DNA of 64,000 nucleotides, taken from Octopus bimaculoides (lineage: Eukaryota). Every line of letters begins with the position of its first letter. Position 1 is the first letter of the stretch. The notes under the pieces are model-generated. The model worked only from the letters and a program-made list of their open reading frames with translations, ran no database searches and was not told the origin of the DNA. The position numbers and the translations under genes were made by a program. The stretch is taken from positions 36,904,554-36,968,553 of the forward strand of contig NC_068999.1 of assembly GCF_001194135.2 (NCBI RefSeq). The letters are read 5' to 3'. Shown piece after piece: positions 27,069 to 40,805 of the stretch.

Positions 27069-28290
27069 CACTATCCCTTTATTTCCCATCGTAGATGGGC
27101 AGATTTACTATCTTACTATAATGGGCATTATGTCTGTCTGTTCCCTCTTCACAGCCAGACAGCTGGACCAATGGTTACAATATTTTCCAGGATTACAAAG
27201 ACGGTTGTCAGGAAGGTTTTTAGCATTAAAAAATCAGAAAATACGATTGTTTTGTGGATATCGATTTTTGAATTGATAAACTTACCTTTGCATTTTTATT
27301 AAAAATTCACCAGCCACAAGTAACTATGGATTTTTATTGTATAGTTTGTGGCCCAATCATAGATACGAAAGGGTCGTGATAATGGTTAATAGCAAGAATA
27401 AAATGGGAAAAGTATGTGTCAGTTTATAGTATGTGATTATTTAGTGGTTATTTAAGTGTCAGTCTCAAGTAAGATTCAAAACAGCTAATTGAAGCAGCTG
27501 TTGTTTACATCTCAGTTTTGTCAATCAAAATAGCCCATGGTACCAGAACATCCAGACATTATTCACATAGAACAGTGAGAGGTTAGTCTTAGTTCGATTT
27601 TTTGCAACCCTAAAGATTCTACTTGTGCATTCACAGCAAACAAGGCACAGGGCCAGACTTTAGATTGCGTAGGTGTATTTTTACTCTTTCCAATGTTTAC
27701 ACACAGCCAGTTATACGTCACTATGAGTAGAGCAACGGACTCCAGTAATTTGAAAATTAATGTTGACCAAACAGAATGTAGTCTACAAAGAAGTTTTGTC
27801 ATCATATTGATATTATCAAAAGAAATATGATTCATAATTTAAATAAGGAAATTTGTGAACTTTGAATGTATAAGAGTATAAACAAAATAAAATAGTGTAA
27901 ACAACTAAAAAATAAAAGTATATCTAAATAACATTTTTTTTCTTAATACTTTTTATGTGGTGGTCAAAGGAAGCTCTGGCTTTTGTTAGGAGTGGTCCAC
28001 ATAACTATTCATAATACAGAGGTTGGGAGCCTGTTCAGTTCGGGAGTGAATCATCATCACATATCACTTAGTCACAAATACATGTCATATTGCTGTATCA
28101 CCAACAATAATGTGATTTCTCTAAGACATCATCCGGTAATCTATCAAACCCATTTACACATTTCTCAATACATACTGCTGTTATGACTTCCGTGCCTCAT
28201 TTTATGCCTCCATCGTAGATGGGTAGATTTGCTTGTCTATATAAATAATGTGACTGAAGTCATGAAAAATTGAGCATAAAAATGATCAAA

Positions 28291-28327
<37 letters not shown>

Positions 28328-28683
28328 NNNNNNNNNNNNNNNNNNNNNNNNNNNNNNNNNNNNNNNNNNNNNNNNNNNNNNNNNNNNNNNNNNNNNNNNN
28401 NNNNNNNNNNNNNNNNNNNNNNNNNNNNNNNNNNNNNNNNNNNNNNNNNNNNNNNNNNNNNNNNNNNNNNNNNNNNNNNNNNNNNNNNNNNNNNNNNNNN
28501 NNNNNNNNNNNNNNNNNNNNNNNNNNNNNNNNNNNNNNNNNNNNNNNNNNNNNNNNNNNNNNNNNNNNNNNNNNNNNNNNNNNNNNNNNNNNNNNNNNNN
28601 NNNNNNNNNNNNNNNNNNNNNNNNNNNNNNNNNNNNNNNNNNNNNNNNNNNNNNNNNNNNNNNNNNNNNNNNNNNNNNNNNNN

Positions 28684-29528
28684 GTATCCGGACTGTTGCC
28701 ATAGTAACGAAGCTGAAACACTCAGAGTGAAGCCACTGGGCAAATATTGACCTTCAACTCGGCTGTGCATTTGCACTAAGTTTTAATGTTCTAGCTCACT
28801 TTTGCTGTTTACAGCAGTGCTCATCGCATTGACCATGACAAAGAAAGCTGACCAGAGAATCTGCATCAAATTTTGCCAAAAGCTTTGCAATACTTGCTCA
28901 GAGGCCTACATGAAATTATCAAAAATTTTCATTGTTCTCAACACAATCAAAGAGATCTTGTGCAACTGAAACCGGAGTGGCTTCTTGGTCAGCCGAAAGC
29001 AGTTTTGGCACAAACTTGGCAGACACGCATCTCATACCCAAATCTTCAGTGATAATGGACTGAATCTGACAATAACTAATCTGCACACCCCGAATAACTC
29101 GCAGATGGTGATTTAACAATTTCTCCTCACAACTGCATGCACATTTGCGCTGTTTTTCTTAGTTCTGCTGGTCGTGGGTCTCCCAGAATATTCATCAGTA
29201 TTGACATTTTTCGGCCACCTTGGAAACATCTGAACCACTTGTACACTTATGTGTGGTTCATACACTCCTCTCCATACACTTTCTACAACTTTGGGTTGGC
29301 CTCTGAGCACGTATCGCCATAACTTTCTCTGTCATGGTCAATACAACAATCATATGCTACACACGTTCCTTCCAAGCACTGCTGTAAACAGCAGAAGTGA
29401 GCTAGGGTGTTAAAACTTAGTGCGCATGCACAGCAGAGTTCAAGGTTAATTTTTGCCCAGCAGCTTCACATGCTTTAGCTTTGTTACTATGGCAACAGTC
29501 TGGATACTTATTGACCAGACTTTGAATG
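28684..29528. mobile_element. Mariner derivative built from two inward-facing 5' ends
   Basis: Inverted copies of TIR plus leader plus ATG at both ends; + strand MTKKADQRICIKFCQKL; - strand SGRPTTSRT...ITEDLGMRCVSAKFVPKLL; right end followed by TA; left tip in a gap. Confidence 0.8.
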
Positions 29529-29624
29529 TAGATATATATGTATACATACATACATGTATATATATGTATGCATACATATATATATATATACATACATATA
29601 TGTATATACACACAGACACATATG

Positions 29625-29677
<53 letters not shown>

Positions 29678-29692
29678 NNNNNNNNNNACACA

Positions 29693-29734
<42 letters not shown>

Positions 29735-29968
29735 TATGCATGTATACATATGCTAGCAGAGATACCTGGCATTGCCCATTATATCTATTGTTTGAATTTC
29801 TTTGAAATAGGAAATATATGTATGTTCACTGGGTTTGTAAAAGAGAACAAAGTGTATGTATGTGTGTGTGTGTGTGTATGTATACATATATATATATATA
29901 TATATATGTATGTATATGTATGTGTGTGTGTGTATGTATACATATATATATATGTGTATATATGTATG

Positions 29969-30005
<37 letters not shown>

Positions 30006-30415
30006 ATATATATGTAAATATATATACACAGGAGTGGCTGTGTGGTAAGTAGCTTGCCTACCAACTACATAATTTTGGGTTCAGTCCCACTGCATGCACC
30101 TTGGGCAGGTCTCTTGTACTATAGCCTCGGGCTGACCAAAGCCTTGTGAGTGGACTTGGTATACGCAAAACGAAAGAAGCCCATCGTATATATGTATATG
30201 TTTGTGTGTCTGTGTTTGTCCCCACAACATCGCTTGACAACCAATGCTGGTGTGTTTGCGTCCCCCGTCACTTAGCGGTTTGGCAAGAGAGACTGATAAA
30301 ATAAGTACTAGGCTTACAAAGAATAAGTCGTGGGGTCGATTTGCTCGACTAAAGGTGGTGCTCCAGCATTGCCGCAGTCAAATGACTGAAACAAATAAAA
30401 GAATATATATATGTG

Positions 30416-30471
<56 letters not shown>

Positions 30472-32410
30472 CACACACACACACACGCTCATATGAAAGA
30501 GGTGTGGGGATGCTCAGTTCTGAATAAGCCAGGTTACAATTCCAGTAAATTTCTTTTATTTCTTAGTATGTCAGTAGATGTGTCAACAAAATATTTTCTG
30601 GTCATTACAATACTGTTTGCAATGAACTGTCAGTAGTTTGACGTACCTATCTGTGTGTGCATGTATGTGTGTGTGTGTGTGTTTTGGAGGAAAGGAGACG
30701 ATACTAGGGATAGCTTGAATCAACAAAACACTACATAATGTGTAAAAGAGAGTTTACAGCAAGTTAATGGTCTCTTAACCTACTAGAACTGGCAGCCAAA
30801 TTTCCCTCAAATAACACTCTCCTCAACATCGTTATCGTCTTCATCATCATCATCCAACATCATTTTACACATGCTTTGCATATTGGCATGGAAATGGACA
30901 ATTCATTATGGCTCAAATCAGTTCTTGGTTGGAGTTACTACCATTCTAGACAAGTTGAACAACCACATCCTGCTCCTATGTTGCATTTTTGGAATAAATT
31001 TTACAGCTAAAAGCCTTTCTTAACACCAGCCTCTTTACAAAATGTACTGGTGCATTTTTTATTGTGGAACCAGTGCCAATAAGGTTGTCTTGTCCTCAAC
31101 CGGACTTCACCCTTTACCATTCAGATTACTCTGTTAAATGTAATGTTTATCTATTCACATTATCTTGTATTAATCATGTATTATCTCGAGGCTTCAAGAT
31201 TTCAATGTGATTGTTTATTCTTAGAATAACATTACAGGATAAGTGTAAGAGGCCAGATCTAGCTGGTTTGAACATAAAAATAAGTAGAATATTTGGGCCC
31301 AAAATGGCCTGTTTAAATGCTAAAGGGTTAGAGGTCCTCTTCACTGTACATTTTCTGCCAGTCGCTTTGCAGTGTGTACTGTGCGCATTTTATAAAGGCA
31401 ACAGCCCTAGCCTGGTTGCTTTGTGCCCTGCAAGACTGAAGAATTTTCACTACTCAAGTTCACTCACAAGGCATTTGCTGGCCTATGCAACAGTGTAAAG
31501 CACTTGCCCAAGATGCTGTCCAAAACCATGTAGTTGTGAAGCAGACTTGTTAATCATGCGAGTGAATATGATTTTATAGGTGCTATGACATGCCATCAGC
31601 AAGAAGCATGCTTCCCAAGCACATGGTTCAGGGTTGAATCCCACTGCATGGCACGTTGGGCAAGTATCTCCTACTGTAGCTTCGGGTCGACCAAAGCCTT
31701 GTGAGTGGATTTGGTAGATGGAAACTGAAAGAAGCTCATCATCATTTAACATCCATTGTCCATGCTGGCATGGGTTGGATGGTTTGACCAGGGTTGGCAA
31801 GCTGGAAGGTTGCACCAAACTCCAGTCTGATTTGGCATGGTTTCTATGGCTAGATGCCCTTCCTAACACCAACACTCTGAGAGTGTAATGGGTGCTTTTA
31901 CATGCCACCAGCATAGATACCATTAGCCTGACACCAGTATCTTGATGGCTTGATGGGTCTTCTCAAGCACAACATAATGCCTAGGTCAGTCATTCATCAT
32001 TTCCTCCATGAATGTATGTGTGTCCTTGTGTTTGTCTCCCACTACCCCTTGACAACCGGTGTTGATATGTTTACATCCCTGTAACTTTGCAGTTCGGCAA
32101 AAGATACCAATAGGATAAGTACCAGCCTTAACAAAAAATAAGTATTGAGGTCGATTCATTCAACTAAAAATTCTTCAAGGCGGTGCTCCTGCATGGCTGC
32201 AGTCTAATAACTGAAACTAGTAAAAGATCGAAAATACAGATGAGTTTTAAAATTGTGTTAAAAGGGAAAATGGTACAAATGAGACACTTTGCTATGAATG
32301 CATGCACTTATGCTGTGTATTAAAAAAATACTCCAGTATTCCATGACACAGTGGTTGAAAATAACTTCTTTCCGCAGTTACAGCAGTTAAATCTCCCTGT
32401 TACTCTACCC

Positions 32411-32790
32411 TTGCATTACATTACATATCCTGTAGTCTGGTTGACCGCTGGGGCATCACTGATGACTTAGTGACCAGATCCTTCCACCCATGTTTGTCTT
32501 CTGCCTCGCACACTGCATCTCTCATCTTGAGGCCTACCCACTCACAGATGTTGTTTTCCCACCCTTTTCTCTGTCTGCGTCTGCTACCTTTGACTGTTCC
32601 CTGATGAGCAGGTGACATACCCAAATCACCTGAGCTTGTGTTTTTGTATAAGAGGTTCCTCATAGGGCCCTATAACCTGCTTTATTCTTCTTTTCACTTC
32701 CTCATTTGTGACACGATCTCTCTATGATATTCCCAAAAGACCCCTGAAACATTTCATCTCTGTAGCCTTATTACCTTAAAAAAGAAAAGG
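32411..32790 (-). mobile_element. RTE (BovB-like) LINE 3' fragment
   Basis: QGTVKGSRRRQRKGWENNICEWVGL...SSVMPQRSTRLQDM* followed by a TGTAA-repeat tail. Confidence 0.75.
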
Positions 32791-34849
32791 CACATGAGTT
32801 GGGTATAAGATGTTTTCCCCGTTTTGACTCTGCCTGTTTATATAGCATTACTGATTTAACAAACACTGATTTATTTGACATTGGATGCTTTATCCTCAGG
32901 ACACTTTGGTGGCCTGGAAATTTTGTTTTTATTCTTGTTGACAACTAACTTGTCGCAATGACTAATCTGCTTGTCTACTAAACTTCATTTAACTTTGTTT
33001 CATTTTATGCACACCAATGGCTAGTGAAAGTATTTATGTCAATTAGTTTCACTTAATAAATTGTAATCCCTCTCTCCCTCTCCCCCTCTCTTTCTCCCTC
33101 TTTCATCATCATCATCATTTAACATCCGTTTTCCATGTTGGCATAGGTTGGGTGGTTTGACTGGAGTCAGGGGCCTCACTAGACTCCATTGTCTGTTCTG
33201 ACATGGTTTCTACAGCTCGATGCCCTTCCTAATGCCAACCACTCCACAGTGTATTGAGTACTATTTACGTGGTACCAACACTGGTATCAATTCTGTTGTG
33301 ATAGATGAGTCTTTTTGAGTACAGCAAGGTACCAGATATTTTGCTCCTTAGTCATCTCCTTCATAAGGCTTAGTGTCTTGAGATCAGCCTTCAACAATTC
33401 GTCCCATGGCTTCCTGGGTCTCCCTCTTCCACAAGTTCCATCTATTTTGTGATTCGCACTTCTGTTTGCAACTGTTATATTTCTTCTTATGTTGGTGTAT
33501 GCCTCCAGTGCTAAAATGTACTGTTGTCAAAACAGATTCAATGTCCGGTCAGCTGTGCCAAAACACCAGTGTCCAAACAGCTGCACCTATTCATCTCATT
33601 CTAACATGAGATATTGTAAACATAGATGCACCACTATTTGCTGGAAGGTCATAGCAAGAATCTCTTTGATCAGGATTGACCTGAGACTAATCAACAACAA
33701 ATACCATTTCTTTAACCCTTTAGTGTTTAAACCGGCCATATCTGGCCAAAATTGTCTTGTTTTATGCTCAAATCAGCCAGCTCTGACTTCTCACACCTGC
33801 CCTACAAAGTCATTCTAAAAATAAACAGGGGCATTATCAAAATCTCAGTTACAAGATGCTGTACAATTAATTTAAAACAATGTAATTAAACAGGCTTTAC
33901 ATTTGTCAGAGTAATCTGAATGCTAAAGGGTTAATCTTTTCCTGGTCCTATTTTTTTTAAGAAGATTATACTATATATGTTTCTGTTAATTACGTTTTGA
34001 AATAATTATTTGGATGCAATTTAACAAAATTAAATTAAAACCTTTATTGTTTGTTTATTGATGTTTAACTGCAGAACATAAGGAAACATTGTTACATAAA
34101 TCATTTTATCAAATCTTTATTAATGTATTAAACTGTAAAACATAACAGAAGGTTGTTACATAAAACTGAATTTTATCCAATGTTTATCCCATATCCAGTG
34201 GTAGAGTAGTTTTGATAGATACTTCTGACACTCAGGGTCAGATCTTGCTGGGTCAACTTTCTTTCTTTACATATCTATTGAGTCAGGACTGACCCAGGAT
34301 GAAAGAACAATAACATCATGGACTTAGCAATGTGAGCCAATGAAGGAGCCTGTGTATTTTTGCTTGACTTCACAGAAAGAAAAAAAACTGTCAAATCTCC
34401 CTCAAATCACACTCTGCTGTGTTTAAAAAAAAAAGGACTGGCCCAGGTAGATGGATTGGTGGAACTGTAAGAACATCAGCCTTTTGCTTTCTGAGTTCAA
34501 ATTCTCTATGGTCTACTTAGTTGGTAGACTTAATCTGTCTCCTGGTTGAACCTCATGCAGCATTGTGGATGCGTTCAGCAGAATATACCCTGATGCAGGC
34601 ATTCAAGCTGGTATCTTTTCTCCTTCCTCCCATTGTTTCAGAGGCTTTGTGAAAATCTATAGGCAGTGCCTTCCCTCTTGACTGGGGAAAAAAAAAATAT
34701 TGTTTTTTGAATCCCCTTTTATGAGATAGAGTGTGATTATTATTTATCGATTTATATATGGTGGCAAGTTGGCAGAACCATTAACATGCCAGGCAAAATG
34801 CTTAGCAGCATTTTATCCATCTTTATGTTCTCACTGTCTTTACGAAAAG

Positions 34850-36060
34850 ACAGTGAGTCAGCACCTGGTGAGGTACATCCATGCTGTCCAATACTGTAGT
34901 AGGACACTGGACAGAGGGACCGGTTAAATTGCTCATGGTCTGGTGTGGTCCAGATCTCCAGCTGAAGAAGAACTGAGATGAGATGACAAACAGGGTGGCC
35001 AATCTCACCCAGAAATGATCTGAGTGAAAACTATCTCTGGAAGTCAGCCAGAGTTGGCAGATGCATGCATCACTGCCATTATATATTTCCGCTTGACTGC
35101 TGTGCTTTGTCCCAGTTACTTTTGACCAAACTAGAGGGCATACTCTTCTGCTTTTTGTAGATGGGACATATTCCACTGGTTAGGTGCTCCATTTGTTGTC
35201 CACATTGCCTGAATGGAAAACTGGGCATGCACTGAGGCTATGACATCACCAGCATTTCTTCAGTGGTGAGCAGGTGTGCTTACTGTTTGTCAGACTTGCT
35301 TTTCCATAGCTTGTCTCTTTGACTGAGCTGCAGCTTTGGGTCTAATATAGACTGAAGCTGGGTGCCTGACACCTAGAGTGTTGTCAGGCATTTAGTCCTT
35401 TGTCAGTCAAGCAATGCTGTCATTGGAAGTTCTAAAGAGGGTTAGTGGCAGGAAAGTGCAATGACGTTCTTAGGGAGACTCTAGGTGTTGATGAGAATCA
35501 ACTGGCTGGTCTGTTCTGGAGGACTTTTGGGCCAGGGCCCACGGTTAATTTCCAGAAATCTTTGACCTGGTAGTGCTAGTGCAGGGCATTGTTAGTTCAA
35601 GATAAACTCTATAGGCATGCAAGTGCCATAAGCTGGGCTTGCCCAAGATGCATGCAGAGTGACTAAATTGTTCTGCATGTTCTCATTCAGTGCCTGAGCA
35701 TTGCTGTCTTGTGGGTTTATGTAAAACACCTGCTGTCACATGGCGGCTGGATTCGGCTAACTGCTGAGTCCATTTTGAAGATCATCCTGCCACCAGGAAA
35801 GGCAGGTAGTGTTTGTTTGGTAGTTTTAGCAAAAGAGATTATGTGGTGGACCTCATGGAAAGGGCTTAAAACAGACACTTTCCTCTTCGACCAAGCCCTC
35901 ATCAACTTTTTCCAGTTTCACTTGAAAAGGAAAGTGAGAGTAAAGAATTGTCAAGAATGGTCCGAGTTAATGGGCCTACTCTAAGCATGCACCTCTAGAT
36001 TGAAGGATGACAATGGGAAAGGGTGTTTGCCCTAGTGGTCTGGGCAACCATGGTTTTGTG
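34850..36060 (+). mobile_element. L1/Tx1-like LINE ORF2 3' fragment
   Basis: Degenerate zinc-finger LVQDKLYRH...CPRCMQSD*IVLHVLIQC, then AKEIMWWT...FHLKRKVRV; GC-richer than flanks. Confidence 0.6.
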
Positions 36061-36159
36061 GGGTTTCTGCAAGCAGTCCTAGGATGTCTCACTCGTTTGG
36101 GAAATTATTCATCATTACAATTTATATTCAGTTCTATATTTAAGAGATGAGGAATTATG

Positions 36160-36280
36160 TACATTATTTACATTTGATGGATATTTGTCCTCTTCTTGTT
36201 TGTTGTTAACGAAGCATCTTGTTTGTTGTGTCAACAACAAACAAGATGAGGACAAATATCTATCAAATGTAAATAATGTA
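36160..36280. repeat. Near-perfect inverted repeat (51-bp arms)
   Basis: 36160-36210 pairs with 36230-36280, 3 differences, 19-nt loop. Confidence 0.9.
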
Positions 36281-36455
36281 GAATTTATATTGTTAGCGTT
36301 TCTTCTTTTTATATGCTTTTTTTTATGTAACCCCCAACGTTGTACCATCCCCAACGTTTTTTTATGAACCCTCAGTGGTGAATAAAGAAAGCTTCATTAT
36401 TATCATCATGGTTGTCGCCATCTTTATTATTATTGTTATTGGATTTTAATTGTAG

Positions 36456-36859
36456 GTGATGGTGCTCCTCTTGAAAATATGTCTGCCCTCCGCCACCAAG
36501 TGGAGGCCATACGCGACAGCAGAGGACAGCAGCAGCAGCAACAACCACAACAGCAGCATCCACAACAACCGCAGAGATCCCTGCCGTCTCCATTACAAGC
36601 AGCAACCCATCCATTGCCATCATCCACATCCTTGTCAGCAGCGTCGTCGTCATCGTCAGCCTCGTCATTGTCTTCGTCTTCATCATCATCATTATCATCG
36701 TCCTCATCCCATCAGCTGTCCCAACACCACCACCAGACCCCAGTGAACAACACCAACAATATGAGAGCCAGCTGCAATGTTGTGGCAGCCACCACCTCTT
36801 CGAATTTGAATAATGCCAGTGCCAAACAGAACAATGTTGACCGAGAGGTTCAGTCTCAG
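36456..36859 (+). CDS. STI1-like domain gene exon 2 (Q/S/H-rich low complexity)
   Basis: ttgtag|GT GAT...TCT CAG|gtatc; 404-nt open frame, GC-richer than flanks, ends in phase 0. Confidence 0.8.
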
Positions 36860-38004
36860 GTATCATACTTACTTTATCCTATCTCTCCTTCTCTCTCCTC
36901 CTCCCTCTCTGTTTCCCTTTCCTCCTCTCTCGCTCTCTCCCTCCACACACACACCTCCACATTTGTAATTACTAATCAGGGTGGTCATTAACTAACTACT
37001 CGGAACTGCTCAGAAATTAAGTAATTGTTAATCTTCTTTATCTTATTACACATGAACCAGAGAGAGAGAGCCACTACATCGTCAATCTGACTACTAGAAA
37101 TAGTGGTGAAATTATCCTCAACTCACACCTTAAACCTTTTCATTCCCCTATTTCTGTTGAAGCACACTGCTTTTGTTTCAATTAATTTTGAAGATAATGA
37201 AAAAATTCAGTAAAATAACTTTCTTGGTATTTATCTGGTGTTTGGAACATATGTCTTGCAAACAACTCTCACATGCAAGTGCTACCAGTCGAGAACTCCG
37301 CATACCAGAAGCCAATCAGGTGAGAATGCGTGCCGTTTCGGGGCCTACCTCTCGATGGCATCAATGCGCACCGGCCCCCCTCACTGATATGAGGCCCCGC
37401 TTACTAGATCAACTGGTTATTAAAAACAAAGCTCAATATTTCTCTAGCCATCGCTCATCTTCTCTTTTTAACCAAATCCAGTGGCTAGCCTTCTCCACTG
37501 TATTTTGGATATCGGTCATGGTGATTTGGAACATAAATTAATGTGAACTTTTGATGAAAGGTTTTAATTAAGATCTTAATGAAACAAGGAATTTGTATCA
37601 TAGAACCATAGGTGGTTTCAGGTGGGGTAGATAGCAAAAGGGTTAAAACAACCAAAGAAATCAAGGATGGTTTGAAGAATGTAGTCCTGCATACATTACT
37701 TATGAATTAAAGATTGGATAGGCACAACTGGAATGTCTTAGATCATGGCTAACATAGGGCTAAACAATTGGATGTATTCTTTTATTCTTTTATTTGTTTC
37801 AGTCATTTGACTGGTGCCATGCTGGAGCACCACCTTAAAGGGATTTTTAGCCAAAAAACAACCCCAGGACTTATTCTTTTGTATGCTAAGTACTTATTCT
37901 TTGGATCTTTTTTGCCGAATTGCGAAGTTACAGGGATGTAAACACACCAACATCAGTTGTCAAATGGTGGGGAAACAAACAGACACATACACATAATTAT
38001 ATAT

Positions 38005-38068
<64 letters not shown>

Positions 38069-39016
38069 GATGGGCTTCTTGCAGTTTCTGTCTACCACAT
38101 CCTTTCACAAGGCTTTGAACTGCCTGAGGCTATAGTAGAAGACACTTTCCCCAGGTGCCATGCAGTAAGGCTGAACTTGGAACCATGTGGTTGGGGAGCA
38201 AGCTTCTTACCACACAGTCACGCCTGTGCTCATCATCAGCATTTTAATGCCCACTTTTCCATGTGTACAGGAGTCAGATGAAATTTGTTGAGGTGGACTT
38301 TCTACGACTGGAAGCCCTTCCTGTCACCAACCCTCACCTGTTTCTAAGAAAGGTAATATTTCCCCATAACCAGACACGTTTTCATGGAATACTGGAAATG
38401 GACATTGTTTGCGTGATTATGTTACTTATTTATAATCATCATGCAATATCAAGGCAAAAACACAGTAACACACACATGCACGACAGGCTTCTTTCAGTTT
38501 CTATCTACCAAATCTACTCACAAGTCTTTGTTCAGCCCAGAGCTGTAACAGAAGACAGTTGCCTGAAGTGTCATACAGTGGGACTGAACCCGAAACCATG
38601 TGGTTAGGAAGCAAACTTCTTACCACACACCTACACCACATATGTGCTAAATATACTGTGTGCGTGTATGTGTGTATATATGTTTCTTTTATCTTGTTTC
38701 TCTCATTAGACTGTGGCCATGCTGGGGCACTGCCTCGAGGAATTTTTATTTGAATGAATTGACCCCAGTACTTGTTTTTAAGCTTGGTACTTATTCTATT
38801 AATCTCTCTTGTCAAATCGTTAAGCTACAGGGACATGAATGCACCAACTCTGGTTGTAAGCAGTGGTGGGGGCTTCTCTCAGTTTCTGTCTACTAAATCC
38901 ATTCACAGGGGTTTGGTCAGCTCAAGACTATAGTAGAAGACACATGCCTTAGGTGCTGCACTGTGGGACTGAACCCGGAACCATGCGGTTGGGAAGCAAG
39001 CTTCTTGCCATACAAC

Positions 39017-39070
<54 letters not shown>

Positions 39071-39365
39071 NNNNNNNNNNNNNNNNNNNNNNNNNNNNNN
39101 NNNNNNNNNNNNNNNNNNNNNNNNNNNNNNNNNNNNNNNNNNNNNNNNNNNNNNNNNNNNNNNNNNNNNNNNNNNNNNNNNNNNNNNNNNNNNNNNNNNN
39201 NNNNNNNNNNNNNNNNNNNNNNNNNNNNNNNNNNNNNNNNNNNNNNNNNNNNNNNNNNNNNNNNNNNNNNNNNNNNNNNNNNNNNNNNNNNNNNNNNNNN
39301 NNNNNNNNNNNNNNNNNNNNNNNNNNNNNNNNNNNNNNNNNNNNNNNNNNNNNNNNNNNNNNNNN

Positions 39366-39438
<73 letters not shown>

Positions 39439-40805
39439 CGTGAATGCTGGTTTTTAGAATAGGTACACAATATCCCTGTTTGTCATAAAAAGCAATTAAA
39501 AGTTAACATCAAGAAAGGCTTCCACCCTTAAAACTCTACCCCCAGAATCCCTATGTAACTCATGGAAAAGGGATCATAAAAACAGATGATGTGGAGATTG
39601 CGAATACCTGCGGTAGGGGTAGAAGGTAGCTTGAGAAGAAATGGCTAACTCAGATGTGAAAGCACAGTAGATTCGTCACAGTATTGAGTTATGTGGATTT
39701 GTCTGGCCATGTCAGCAAATAAATATAGCGGTAAAATCGTTCAGGATAATTGTGATGGCTATGAATATTATCAAACTTCTTAAGACAGTAAGCTGGTAAA
39801 ATGCTCAGTAGCATTTCATCCGTTTTTACATTCTGATTTCAAATCCTGCAAAGGTCAGCTTTGCCTTTTATCCTTTCGGGGTCAATCAATCCGATGAACA
39901 CTGGGGTTGATGTAATTCTCTTATCCTCCCTCCCAAAGTTGCTGGCCTTGTACCAAAATTTAAAACCAGTATTATTAAACTTCTTAAAATGGTGAGCTGG
40001 TAGAATTGTTAGCACACCAGACAAAATGCTTAATGACATTTCGTCTAGCTTTACATTCTGAGTTCAAATTCCGCCGAGGCTAACTTTGTCTTTTATTGTT
40101 TTGGGGTCGATAATATGAGTACCAGTTGAGCACTGGGGTTGATGTAATCGATTTATTCCCACCCCTGAAATTGCTGGCCTCATTCGAAAATTTGAAAGCA
40201 ATATTATCAAACTTCTTGTATCTGACAATATATTTTTGGCTAAATTTAACTACGCAGAAATGCTTTTTCATTTTCTCCAACACACACACAAAAGAAGAAA
40301 GAAAAATCCTGTCTGGTTTGAGTGAAAATAGAGAAAGGAAAAGAAGAAAAAAAAGAGGAATTAAAATCCAATTTTGTACTGGTCATGTCTAGCCATTTCT
40401 GCGTTTATTGCCAGAAAACTGAGAGGATCATGGGAAATAAGATTAAGATATTTATGAGACTGAGAACACTGCAATATTTAAGTTTAGCTCATCACTACAC
40501 AGTTGTGACTGCCGTCACTTTATATTTTTTCTTATTACTGTTGTTGTTGTGGCTCTATAAAAAGAATGTTTACTAAATTTAACATTCTAAAATTGTCCAC
40601 AATCATTCACACACTCACACAAACATCTGCGTTTTACTTGTTTCAGTCATTGGACTGTGATCATGCTGGAGCACTGCTTTGAAGGGTGGATGTAGTTGAG
40701 CAAATTGATAAATTGACCTCGTTGCCTTTTTTTTTTTTAGTCTCTTTTACTGAACTGCAAAGTTATGGGGGTGTAAACAAACCAACACCAGTGGTAATGT
40801 GGACA

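Noticed and set aside
29417-30064. YIYI/HTHT/VCVC ORFs here and at 16080-16477, 47053-47525
   Set aside because: Translations of dinucleotide microsatellites
36372-36866. 164-aa minus-strand ORF (and 55640-56006 minus ORFs)
   Set aside because: Antisense shadows of trinucleotide-rich + strand exons that have proper splice sites
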